Origin: Fimbriosthenelais zetlandica
Lineage: Eukaryota
Direction: 5' to 3'
DNA length: 64,000 bases
Assembly (NCBI GenBank): GCA_977030845.1
Contig: OZ365112.1
Span: 19,592,001-19,656,000 of the forward strand
Every line of letters begins with the position of its first letter. The first letter of the stretch is position 1. Of the stretch, positions 36,246 to 48,446 are shown in pieces. A program made the position numbers and the translations under genes. Below the pieces are notes generated by a model. That model was not told the DNA's origin and searched no databases. It saw nothing but the letters and a program-made list of their open reading frames with translations.

Positions 36246-39200
36246 CATACCTCCCACTTAACAATGAGTACATCCTGTCCTATCTCAATATCTATACCTT
36301 ATATCACTCTCTGCAGATTTACGTATATTATAGTTAGAGAGGTCAATTTCCTATCAAAGAGTAATAAATTGCCCTGTATAGGTTGCCAAGTTCAATGGCC
36401 ACAAGCTGATTTGATCAAATATTGTCTCAAAAGGTCAAAGGCGTTCAGTTTTATTGAAGGATGATTCAGATGCTTAGAATTGCAGTACAAGCATTTAAAC
36501 GGGGGAATCTGAGACAAGCAGGTCATATTTGACCAATCTATTTGCAGCTACAATGTTGAAGGACCTGAGATGACACCTACGCATTCTAATACTCCACTTT
36601 ATGTACAATAAGTATCAGCGTTTAAACGTGCATTTGATGAAAATGTGGTTTGGTTTTTAACTCGCCAAATGTAAAAGGATTTGAATTCATGATGGACTAA
36701 AAAGCTCAACATGTTCAGCTCTATTGCAATCCCATTTGCATCGAATCATGTAACATCGTAAATGCAATAGATAATGATAATTATAAAGAGGAATGCAGCT
36801 AATACGGCTGGCATCAATAAGCATACAGGTCTGGGTCTTTTACTGGAACATAACGATCAAACACGTGCTAGAGTTATAATCATTACCTATAGTAATAGTA
36901 CTATGGTAATTATTGGCATAAGAATAAGGAGCAGTGTTCCAGGGCTTTGGAGTTTGGCAGACTTCCCCCTTGATTATCAGAGCGGATCGCTCCACTACCA
37001 TTTCCACCCAGTCTCCTTTGACATTACAGGCCAATGGCTGATGATATTCACATAAAATTCCAGTCTATCAGCCAGGGTAAGCGATATACATATGATATAG
37101 CTTTAGGTGAAGATTCAGAGGCGACGATTGATAACACCTTTTATCAGGGTCGCTATGGTGATTTAAAGGCATCAGGACGGTATTTGTCATGTACAATCCT
37201 CGGGGATATATTAAGATATGTAGCATACAATGTCCCCAGGGCCATCAAAGCATTTCCTATACTTAATGTGCAGCATATATTATGTATACAATACGCCGAG
37301 AAACGCTGTTCTAAAGGCCTTCACATATACGGCCAGTGGGGCATATAACACGGATTATCAATTTACACCTCCTTATCTCTCAAAGTACTATAGTCTATAA
37401 CTTTAACCATCTTCTATTCTGAGTAGTTACTCTGAATTAAGAATCAGTATGGGAATCCATACATTTTGATATATCAAACTGGCCAAAAATTGGCATAGGT
37501 TATAATCTTTGATTTATCAAGAGCTGAAAGATTGGTGCAAAACAGGTTATATTAAATATCAGCAACATATCTGATCAACGGTAGGCTATAATTTATGAAT
37601 CCGTATGAATTATTATTGATATTGCAAACCCATAGCTATAGAGAATATCCATCGGAAGCAAGTAATTCACAAATGGCAGAGGTACAAAGTGAGTGGTTAA
37701 TGAACTTACGAAAGTTGCTCAACTAAAGTAGAGGGATGCTGTGGAGGACCCGTACTCCCTGATAACTAGAATGTGAGTGAGTGTGTAGGAGAAGGGGACC
37801 ATTGACCTCCTCCCTTTTTTTGTTTTGCCACAGAAGCATGTCAAGTCGGCTGAGACAGCATGGTGAGGTCCCTGAACACTTCACAGACACTCTCCCACAA
37901 AACATTATCCTCCCACAACAACATAATTCATCATCCAACTGTCGACTTGAAAAAACCTCCCATAAATATTCTAAAATAGGTCAAGACATAATTTCATGCC
38001 TGACTTATAAAAGACTCTGATGGGAACTTGCGTAAATATTATGAACAATGGAATGAGGGCAGCACTTGGAGGTGGGATGTCGGTAGAATGGAAAGTTGGC
38101 AGAGTGTTGCCAAAAGGTCTGCAACATACCATGGACGTATAGTCACCTGTCTGTGGTAGTGGGGGTTGGCAGGTTGCCTGTTTTGAGTGTTAAACTAGTC
38201 TGAACCCATGGTTCAGTGTATAAGTATGTCTCAGACGATATGACTTAAAAAGGGGACTGTGGGACACTATATAAGTGTAATTGAGTGTCCATGTTATGCA
38301 GACAGAGCAATGTTGTCTCGAATGAGCAAAGAATGGCCAACGTCAATGGATCGTACATAAATAGGGGGATGCTTAAGTGTTACTGATGAAACTGAAGACC
38401 CGGTGCAAGAATATTTAAGAGTTTCGATTTAGGAGACCGCGGTACTAAATTCAGTCGTGGATTGATGATCTTGAAAGCGTGAAAAGCTCTTATTCCTCTT
38501 GCAGAAGGCACTTCCTTCCGAATGAGATCTTTCTTCAGCAAAGGTCAACCCTCTCCCTCTCAGCCCTTCTAATGAATTCACTTTCACCCAGTCAAATGTC
38601 ACATTTTATGACAAGAGATCTTCCTTGGGCCTAATTACCTGCTCACTATCTGCTTCTTAATCACAGCTTTCAGCTAGGAGGATCAGAAATGTTGAGATCT
38701 CTGATGAAATTGAAAAAAATGGGGAGGTGAACGAAGGCTTATGATATCTCGATGTGCTTTATGAATGTTAAGGAATAGTATTCACAAAGTTATTTGATAT
38801 AGGATATTTCATATGCCGTCAAGGATGAAGCATCAGAGTCGAGACACTACTTTTATTAAACAATTTGCCTCATTATTGTGTTCAACAATCAGAAAGCAGC
38901 GTGTCCACTTTGGTACCAGCCAGAATAATCAATAGATCTACAATCATTCACCAAAGGCTATGGTGAGGTTGGTGAGGGTGGGAAGGGTTTCACTAACCAT
39001 GACAAGTGTTTCTCCCTGTTCCATATGAATGCACCAATCAAGGATGGGAGAGATGTAGCAGACAGTGATTTACGAGTCAGTGACACGCTAGCTGCCATCT
39101 CTATCTATATTCCATACAGGAGAGAGAGGAAATAAGAGAAAAATCAATGATAAATAAATGTGTTTTTTCTCGTCTATTCCCCAAGCCTCCAGGTACGCAT

Positions 39201-42200
39201 AAATATAGATCTTTTCATTGTTGTATATGAATCTCCTAAACTCACACGATATGACTGGACATAATTCTGAAAGCAGTAAAGGCACCGCAAACATAATTTA
39301 TAATTGTGATAAAAAGGCCCCTCTAATAATAGAACGGGCGAAACTTTATCTATAAAGGAAAGATAGGCATATTATGCTATAGCAGTAGAATAGTATAGCA
39401 GCTAGCATGCCGTACTGGGCCATTTTTAAGATACTTAAAGTACAGCAAGAGGAATGTGAGGAGAACAGTACCACCTGACCCCACGTATTTCCTCACATAT
39501 ATCAGTACAGCCATGGCTGGTCGGCTAACCAAGTATTGCTGAACATACGATCTTCCAATGGAGTTCCCAACAACTTGTGAAGTCATTTCCAGAACTGAAA
39601 AGAAGTAATTTTTAAGGAAATAACCATACACAATAAGGTTTCTTCCCTGGAGTTTGTATTCAATTGCATTCACGTGAAATAATACGTCATTGTCATGGGA
39701 TGTATTATCATGATTGGAACGAGATATGAAGATTTGGCCTCCTGTAGATGACAGTTGGAAAGAGAAATGGTGAGCAACCAAAATGCATGTAGCCTAACGT
39801 TAAATGAGTTTGACAGAGTGACAGGCAATCTGTTCGTACAATAGGTCAGAAAGAGAGGGAAGCCTGATCATTGTAGATGAGTTAACATCAGCATATTACT
39901 AATATTGCTAATTGCTAAACTGAATGACAGCAAGTGAGATGGTGTAACATCACTGTGAGCCTGAAAATAATTTCTCCAGCTGCACTACTCACAATAGACT
40001 TCAACACAGCCTCAATAATCACCCAGAGGTTATAGTGAATAGACAGTCACATGTTGCAGCTGCGTCTGTCAATAAAGTCAACCTCCATGTATGAATATTC
40101 TGAATGTTTTGACAATCATCCGGTCTTGATTTGGCTTCACATGCTGGGCTATTCAATCCTGCAGCCTTTTCGCCACAATCAGATCAGTAGGCAGAGTAAA
40201 AACTTCAATTGATTCTTCAATTTTCAACATATTGAAAACTAATCATTAATACTCGAAAAAATAATATAACAGAAATGTTACACGTATGAAATTATCTTAT
40301 TTCAATCAATGACCATATATATTTTTGTTCCTAGAATATATAGGTGACATATATATATGTGCGGGTACAGATTGGGCATCTTTCAGCCTCTCACTGTGCC
40401 TGGAAATCCAGGCAATCCTCCTGTACTACTCAGTGTATTCATGGCCTTCTCAATAAACCGGGTTATATTTAGCTACCTGATACAAGCTCACTCTCAAATC
40501 CAGTTAACAAAGCAGCCCTGTAAAATGTTGAGTGTTGAACAACCAAAATGCAGCTATTCATTATATGAACGGTGATTTGGGGGCAAGTGTCACTTCTTAC
40601 AATAGCCCCTTTAAGAATTCAACTTTTTGATACTAATGTATTGGTACAATGACTTATGCTATAGTGTCCCTCACATCTGCCTTATACCAGATTATGCATC
40701 AAAGTAATATCACGACAGATCTTCTATTGATGCTAGAAATTATTGTTCAAATTCAGTAAGGAATGAATTTACATATCCTTCCTACATCTAGGGCCCGCCT
40801 ATATATGTATACATGTATATTCAATTTGCTTGCATAAAAGTTCATAACCCATCATCATTCCAGCACACTACCCTATTCCACTCCATTATACCACAAAGAC
40901 CAATAATGATATAATAATAGTCCATTACAGTAGCCCCCCATTCCCCATTACATCCCCACATATCATGTATCTTAGTTATAAATCAACTGGAAATTGCTAG
41001 TACTGAATACCAAAGAGCTAATACATGAAAAATCCAGTGGATCACTTTTGAAAAAATAGATAAGCAAATCAATAGGGACCGAGAACCGTTGGAGCCAGAG
41101 CATAGCAGGGGTGGTATAGGAATTGGTAGAGATGTGAGCCAAAATACCAGCATAATCCCCTCCCTACCCGCATTGAACGACAAGGGAATGCAAGGATACA
41201 GACGGGCATGCAATTCAGCCATTGTTTCGGAGGGGATGTTGCATGTTGCAAAACGGGGAAGTGTTGTCAGGAAGTTTGTTGAGGTATTTCTCTGCTGTAC
41301 AAACATGAGAAAACTTCCTCCAGTGATCTGGAGGAAGGTTTTTTGGCCATGAATAAGATGGAAATGGTGTATACGTGTTGCTTGTGTCAAGAGACTAGCA
41401 TGAAGGCCAGAGGTGATCTCACGCGAGTTCTGAGTATAAGCACATGGCTTAGATACCAACCTAACATGCCTGGTTCTCACCCAGACATATCCCAGTCCCT
41501 TTACACCTGCTTTTATACTAAAAAAAGAATGTAATTTTGAAACAAGTCACTTATATGCTTCTTTGCAGTTCTGTCTATAAGGCACTTCTCTAATCAGTTA
41601 ATTTAGTGTGCAACTGCAGTGAATTAAAATAAGAAATTGATATAAACTTATAGCAACACAGCTAATGATTTCTACCTTTTTCTTGCGTTTGGGCTCCATT
41701 AGTAAGTTGTATGTCTACAAGTTGGTTGTAGACCTGCTGAAGTCATTAGTGTGGGCTACAGGTGGCTGTACCTTGCTCTCCCTTCCTCTCCTTCTTTCAA
41801 TGATGCACCGACTGTGAACAGCCAGAACTCAGCCAGGTTGAATCTTCTGATCTGCTTTTCCCCGTTACTGGATAATGAAAGTCTTGTACAGCCTCCTCTT
41901 TTTTAGGGGATGTACAGCTCACTTGTGCTCACTCTGTGTGTTTATCATTCCCTGAAGGCTTTGACATCTCAAGTGAGGACTTCCCTTCCTCCTACTCCTC
42001 CTATGAGTGTCCCAATGCTCTCTCACAAACAGTGCCCCTGCAATGGCTTCTAATAAAGCAAGCCAGCACTGGACATGTACGCGTGCTTGAGTCTTTGTGC
42101 GCGACAAGAATTGAATCTCACTTATATAATACAAAATGTAAAAGTGTAAAAGATAAAATAGATGTTCGTAAGGTAAAAAGTGAAAGAAAAGCAGAAACAA

Positions 42201-42790
42201 GTGTGGTGGAGATGATGAAGGTCCTCTGCTCTTCTAGAGGGACTTGTGAATGCAGCTGAGGCTGCAGACTGAATGCTTGAAGCTGGATGTTGGGCAGTGG
42301 GTGGCAGTCCCACTCTCTCACACACAGTGTAACTAAGCCATTCACCAAGAGCTGGTTGATGCTGCTCCTCTGGCTTCTGCTTTTCCTCCTGATGCCTATA
42401 CTCTGTATGGGACAGTACAAAGTGGCAGTTCTCCTGTACAAGTTTCCATTACTTTATGATTCAATACTACTCACTGAAAAGCATTCTTTTCTAGAAAGGG
42501 GTTGTCCTACAAATAACTTTAACAAACCTTAATCAGCAGAACAGGAATAAATTATTCCCTGATTTTATCGGCTGATGTATGTACTACATATTTCTAATCT
42601 TCATTTCGCCATTGGTCGGTTCAAGTATCATTATGAGTGTCTATTATTGGAAATAGATTAACTCTCGTTAACCTCTTAAACCGTCACAAGTTGCATGAGG
42701 GGAAGCAATGCCTTCTACGGGGAGGGATTAAGCTTGCCCTGAATATGAAGCCAAGTGGCCTTCTCTGTATTCATTCACAATTAGGGCCCA

Positions 42791-42903
42791 CAGGTCTGCT
42801 GGCAGGACCTCCCCACGGTAAACAATGTAGCTCGTTAGCATTTATAACCTAATCAACAGGGCCAGCAGGACCTGCTCACACAACTGTTGATAAACAATAG
42901 CTC
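42791..42903. repeat. Combined imperfect direct and inverted repeat
   Basis: GCAGGACCT at 42802 and 42865. TAAACAATGTAGCTC at 42819 and TAAACAATAGCTC at 42891. CAGGTCTGCTGGC (42791-42803) is the reverse complement of GCCAGCAGGACCTG (42861-42874) apart from one indel. Confidence 0.7.
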
Positions 42904-45900
42904 TGAGCAGCTCTTAAAAATAAAAACAGCTCTAGAAGGCGACAATGTGTTCATCAAGGTTTTTTTTATCAGAACAAACAGAGGAACAGGCGATTTCTGG
43001 TTGTTGGGGAACAAGGTTGGCAAAAAGTAAGAAAATAAGCAACGTATAGCTAACTAAAGCAAGTAGATGGCTTCAATGACGTAATGATATAATTGAGGTC
43101 ATTAGAACTGAAGCGGTTTAAGCCAGCAAAGAAAATCAGTAGAAAAATGTACCGGGCACCGAAAGGGATAGAAATCCAGGACAAGTAGGCCTAAGGCATT
43201 CAAAGACACATTTATAGACAATCATGATTAATCTAATTAAGAAGTTCACGGACTTATTGTATTTCCACATGGTAATGGTCATTTACGAGTCAGTAGAGAA
43301 CATCAATTGATGCGCAATAAAACCACAGTCGACACAAAGTCTCAGAAGAAGAGCGATGGCTCGGAATTCCCTTAATGTATTTTGTCCTGGTGCAAAAGCA
43401 ATCTTCTGACTTCACCAGCTGCCTACAAAAAAGCAATAGGTCTATTGCTGCACTGACTGCTGGCAGGGCAGTGTGCTACAGAGAGATAGAGTGCAAGTGT
43501 TCTTCATAATATGTAACAAACTTCGAAATTCGAGGAAACACAGACTCATTCTTCTATGAAATATTATCATAATTGAAATGGGTTTCACGAACAGAATCCT
43601 TTAATGACGATAGATAATGCTTTTATATACTTTTTGTTGATTAGAAACAAAAATAAATCCACAATTATTTGTCCCATGGGGGGGAATATGAAGACAATAT
43701 GCGTTCATTAGGCCATTTCTAGCGTCATTCTAGTTCACTTCCTATTGTTGCAAAGCCATAAGCATTGAGGAAGGAGGTTAATAAACAAGAGGCATGGTAG
43801 AACATGGCAGTGATTTATGATGGAGTGAGAGGAAGTTAAATGGGATAATTAATGCCTTCCTCCCGCATATTATCCCACAAGGCACAGGTAGACAGGCATG
43901 AAATATAGCACCTGTAGCAGAGATTAATAGCTCAGTGAAAACTGCCCTATAAGGATGACAAGCTGGGGGAGCCTCGGGGAGTGGATACAGGATGATCTTC
44001 CCCAGGATATTCATCAGAACGTTCCTTCTAACTTTTTAACAAAATACTTCCCAGCTGAAAACCTAAAATGCCATTTTCAAAAGAGACAACAGCTTATTTA
44101 CAGTTACAATATAGGTCAACACAGGGATACCTGTCCACAAATGGTTAGGTTGGTAAGGTATTAAATTACCACATACTGATTCAATCAGACCTTCACAGTA
44201 GGCTTCTATAAGCCTGTCCGCATTCCTGGAAAATAGAGCAGTGTGATGAACTAGAACATCCACATCATCAACTTGTTTTCTCCTCACTTCTAGCATTCAC
44301 ATCATGTATTTCAAACTTCTGCAACAGTTTTATGCGATGCCATATAGTCTTCCAAGTCTGTCTTTAAGCCTGTTTATATATAGTCATGACTATAAGCAGA
44401 CAGGGGGGCCTGTATGTGGTAGTCAAGGGGCTGGTCGACTGACCAGACTCTGGATCTCAAACATAATAGAGGAAGCTCTGGGGGCCAGGTGGACATTTCT
44501 TATCCTGGACTTTATCATATAGAGGTATATATACCCCCAGCTTCAGCTCACCCTCATCTATCATCACAAGCCAAGTAAGGGGGGATGATCGGTCACGCCT
44601 CAAGGTGACCTCTACCAACATGCCAACCTGCCACGTTTTCCGGACATCCACTCTTGATCACTCTTTCTCTTTGCTGACTTGGCATTGCCAGATGTTCAGT
44701 GGGAGCTGGTCAGGCGTAGTCTAGACAAATATGTCCAAATATAACAGTTCGTCCAAAGCCATCATCTTATATGACGTCCTATTAGCAAGTATTTCAGACC
44801 ATGGTTCCCTGCTTGAGGACTGTTCAATCTCAGAAGTCATGACATGTGGCCCCGCCATCAGCCATCCAGACGAGCAGTAATAGAAATGCCATGGGTTTAA
44901 CTATTTAAGGGTTCTGTTTACTTTTGACAGACATTCTTTATTTTATTCAGGGCTTCCATTGCATGCAACATCCCATCGAAGAGCCATAGGGTTCTAAATG
45001 CCTATTATAAGAGTGGCAGGCAAGTATCTGATGGCCTTTGGAAGTGAGCACATCATTTGCCTTGTTAGGCAAGACTGATAATATCATTGGGCACACATGA
45101 GCCAGCACCTGTCGCTTTACTGGGATGTGGGATTTGAAAATATCTATAATAGCTGACACTGTGTATAGTTGGTACCACTACTTGTTGGTATCACCAGATC
45201 ACTATCAGTTCCCATGGCCCCGGCCCACACCACAGTACGGGGCCTCGATACCCTTGGGAGGGAAAAAAGCGATAAGCCTTGAATATCAAACAAGGGTCCA
45301 ATACTCAAACCACTTATCTCTCTTTTTGTCAAAGGATTGCCGGTGCAATCTGGGGCTGAATTTTTTCCTGTGGAGAGATGGTTGTGTGTCATGAGAGGAA
45401 GTGAAAGAAGGGGATGTTTTATCATTACTCTCTTTGTTGTTTCTATTTATGATGGGGGAGGTCTGATAGTGATACAGATTCAATGTGCGGGTGGTTGGTG
45501 TACCACATTTCTTTGCATACCTGCCAGCATGAAAAATAATGCATACTTGAAATACAACACTGAAATATGCATGAGTATGCCTTCATTATGAGAGATGGAA
45601 ATGTATTCAGGTTGCAGTTACTCATATACCAGGGACAAAGTGAAAACAAATTAAAATATCACGGCAAGGATAAAGCAGATGATACGTTATATTGTGTCAC
45701 TCATTGGTCTAATAATCTTTAAATTACCACAGAATATTATATTTTGTTAATATATTTGGTAGTAAACCATTGTATAGTAAAAATACGTTAAAAGAATGGT
45801 TCCCTAAACTTCATTATGACATCGGGTAGGACCGTGTCAATATTGGGAGAGAGGATCACACATATCAAACTGGTATTGATCCATTCAAGAGAAGGCCTTT

Positions 45901-48434
45901 AAGCGGGTGTCCCCACTATTCACACGCCAACGTCTGTAACAACAAATTTGACATGACAAAGCAATCGTTTAGCCAGGTCCTATACCAGGCAGTGTCAAGC
46001 CTTATATTGAAGTATTACATCAGTGAGCAGCAGGGAGGAGCTGGGAGCAGATCTAGTGTATGGGTAAATCCGACAGAGAGCCGGGGCCTGAGTGGTGTGT
46101 TTGTACAGTAAATGGGGCATTGCTGATGGCGCAGTTCACAATACTGACAGTGAAAAGATGATAGGACATTCAAACTACTAACAGAACAAGACATGTGCAC
46201 AGTTCACATTGCAACGGCCAGAATGTGTGGTGCAAAAGTCTCACAATATCCTTGCACAGATTATAGATGAAATTCAGTGTTTGGGACCTTATTATATTGG
46301 ACCCTATACATAGGCCTTAATATAGGACAAATATTGCCCTATGTTCATGAAATATGATAAAGACTCCTGAACCATCAACTAGTGAGTTGCTATGTTCAGA
46401 GAAAGTGCACAGCTTTCAATCAAATGGGCAATATCCCTCCCTGTTGCACTGTTGTAATGGCAGAGGCTGACTTTGGGTGGAGAACAGCAACTGTTCCTGC
46501 AGATTCTAAAGTTGAAGATCAATAGTAACGATCTATAATCTCTCAGAGGAGCTTGCTCCTTTCATATCCCATCTGCCTTCTGGTGGGAGGAGGGGTGGCG
46601 GGACTGGATTGTATGATGAACTGAGAGCATCATGCCAGCTAGGTCTGAAATTACCTCAGAGCCGGTGGCTGGACAATGTAATGTTACTGTCAGGTCATGT
46701 GCTCAATGATTGAGGCCTTCCACACACATGTATACACAGGCCTCAGTCTCCACACACAACCACTGATTGAACACTTTTTCAGATACAGACGTCAGCTGAT
46801 TCCCATAGGTAGTGAAGCGCCACTTTAAAATAGAATTTAATTAATTATACCGAAATAGAGATGTAGAAGGAAAATTATATTATATTATAATGACCTAGGG
46901 TACAAAGCAAATCCCTTAATTGAGTGCCAAGGTGAATTACAAAGTTTAATACAAAACTTAAAGCATATTAATAACATGGTCAACTGTCTTTCATATACAC
47001 TGTAAGTAGGCTCTTTCTTCAGCGTCCAAAGGAAAGTGGAAATGTGCTTTAATAATTATAGATCCCACAAAATGGTTGCCATCTCGATAGTGTGGATCAT
47101 GGTAGGACTATGGTGGTCAGAGGCCTGTATACCACGGTGATTGCTTTCAGCTTGTCAGATAATCTAAAGCCTGATAATCTAATACGTTAACCAGAGTAGA
47201 TGAGCAGGGGAGGATTTGTCTTCACAGATAAGAGTGGATCATGAGAACCATGCCAAGACATCTGTATGGACCTATTCCTCCTTGTCATGTCTAGTCTGGT
47301 AGGAACTCACTCCTTATCGGCAAGTTAACCCTTCCAGGCATAAAAGACTGCTCCAATTCTCATAAATGGCCAAGTGGGCGTTTGCCTTTCTTAAAAGAAG
47401 GACTTTCTCTGATTCAAGTGTCCATACTATTATACGCGCTGGAGGTAGCGCTCGCTGGTCTATCATGAGTCGTATGTTTTATATAGAGGCCTCTATAGTG
47501 GATGATAGTATAATAGGGAGGTGATTGCACGAGGCAGGCTGTAGTATCAGTCTCTAATTGGATGGGAGCAGACGATATTGCTTGGAAGCGAGGTGTAAGA
47601 CAGCAGCTTTAATTATCTCACAGTGCCATTATAGGCAGTCACGGGTTATGGGATGCATATTTAACGTGAAAAGGCAGTAGATTATTATTTAAACAATAGA
47701 CTTTAATTTGCATAGTCCAGGTTAATTAGACAAGACAATATAACGTAGATAAACTGAATGGGAGGTGGGAAATAAAATCCAACAATGGAAATCACACAAT
47801 GCCCAAGGTCGATATGACGTAAAATGAAATGCATCCCAAATTCACACATATATAAAGATGTGCAGAAGGCGGCATATTGATATTATAGTACACGACTAAA
47901 TAACATCATGGAAGCAAATCATTATCAAATCCCAACTCGGGAACACCTTATCTCCCAATCCACCATCAGTGAACAAAATTGGCTCTGGACGGGCAGGCGA
48001 GCCTTCCAAACAATGGCGGTCATAATTCAAGTATGTCAGCCATTAGCTCAAGCCAAGCTTGTACACGGAGCTGCCGAATGGTTGTTACAAGCCAATTTCG
48101 GAGTCATTTTTTCTGTTACGAAAAGTTTACACTTCCCAGATAATATGTTGAAAACATGATAGTTCGGACCGACAAAGCAATTGCAATCTGTATACATAAT
48201 ACTTTGGCAAAATATGTAACGAAAAACGTTGAAAAATTGACCTGATTGCGCTTTGTGTAAAACTATGAAGGATTCAGGGCACATTGATTATTTGTACAGG
48301 ATGATAATCTTATAATCTGGAAATTGGTCAATTGCAACATGAGTAGTTGGGAGATGGGCGGGGTGCCTGGTGTACCGCGGTGATAATGTTATAATGTACC
48401 CCGCATGACGCAGACACAGCGGATCCTCACATAC

Positions 48435-48446
48435 TATATATATATA
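48435..48446. repeat. (TA)6 microsatellite
   Basis: Read directly from the sequence. Confidence 0.9.

Noticed and set aside
40983-41480. Longest ORF (165 aa, minus strand)
   Set aside because: No recognisable motif. It overlaps three other short ORFs, and its length is within chance for 64 kb in six frames.
19259-46184. Two TACTAACAG motifs (19259 and 46176) suggesting Yarrowia-type intron ends
   Set aside because: About 0.75 are expected by chance, and there are no associated donors or coding exons.
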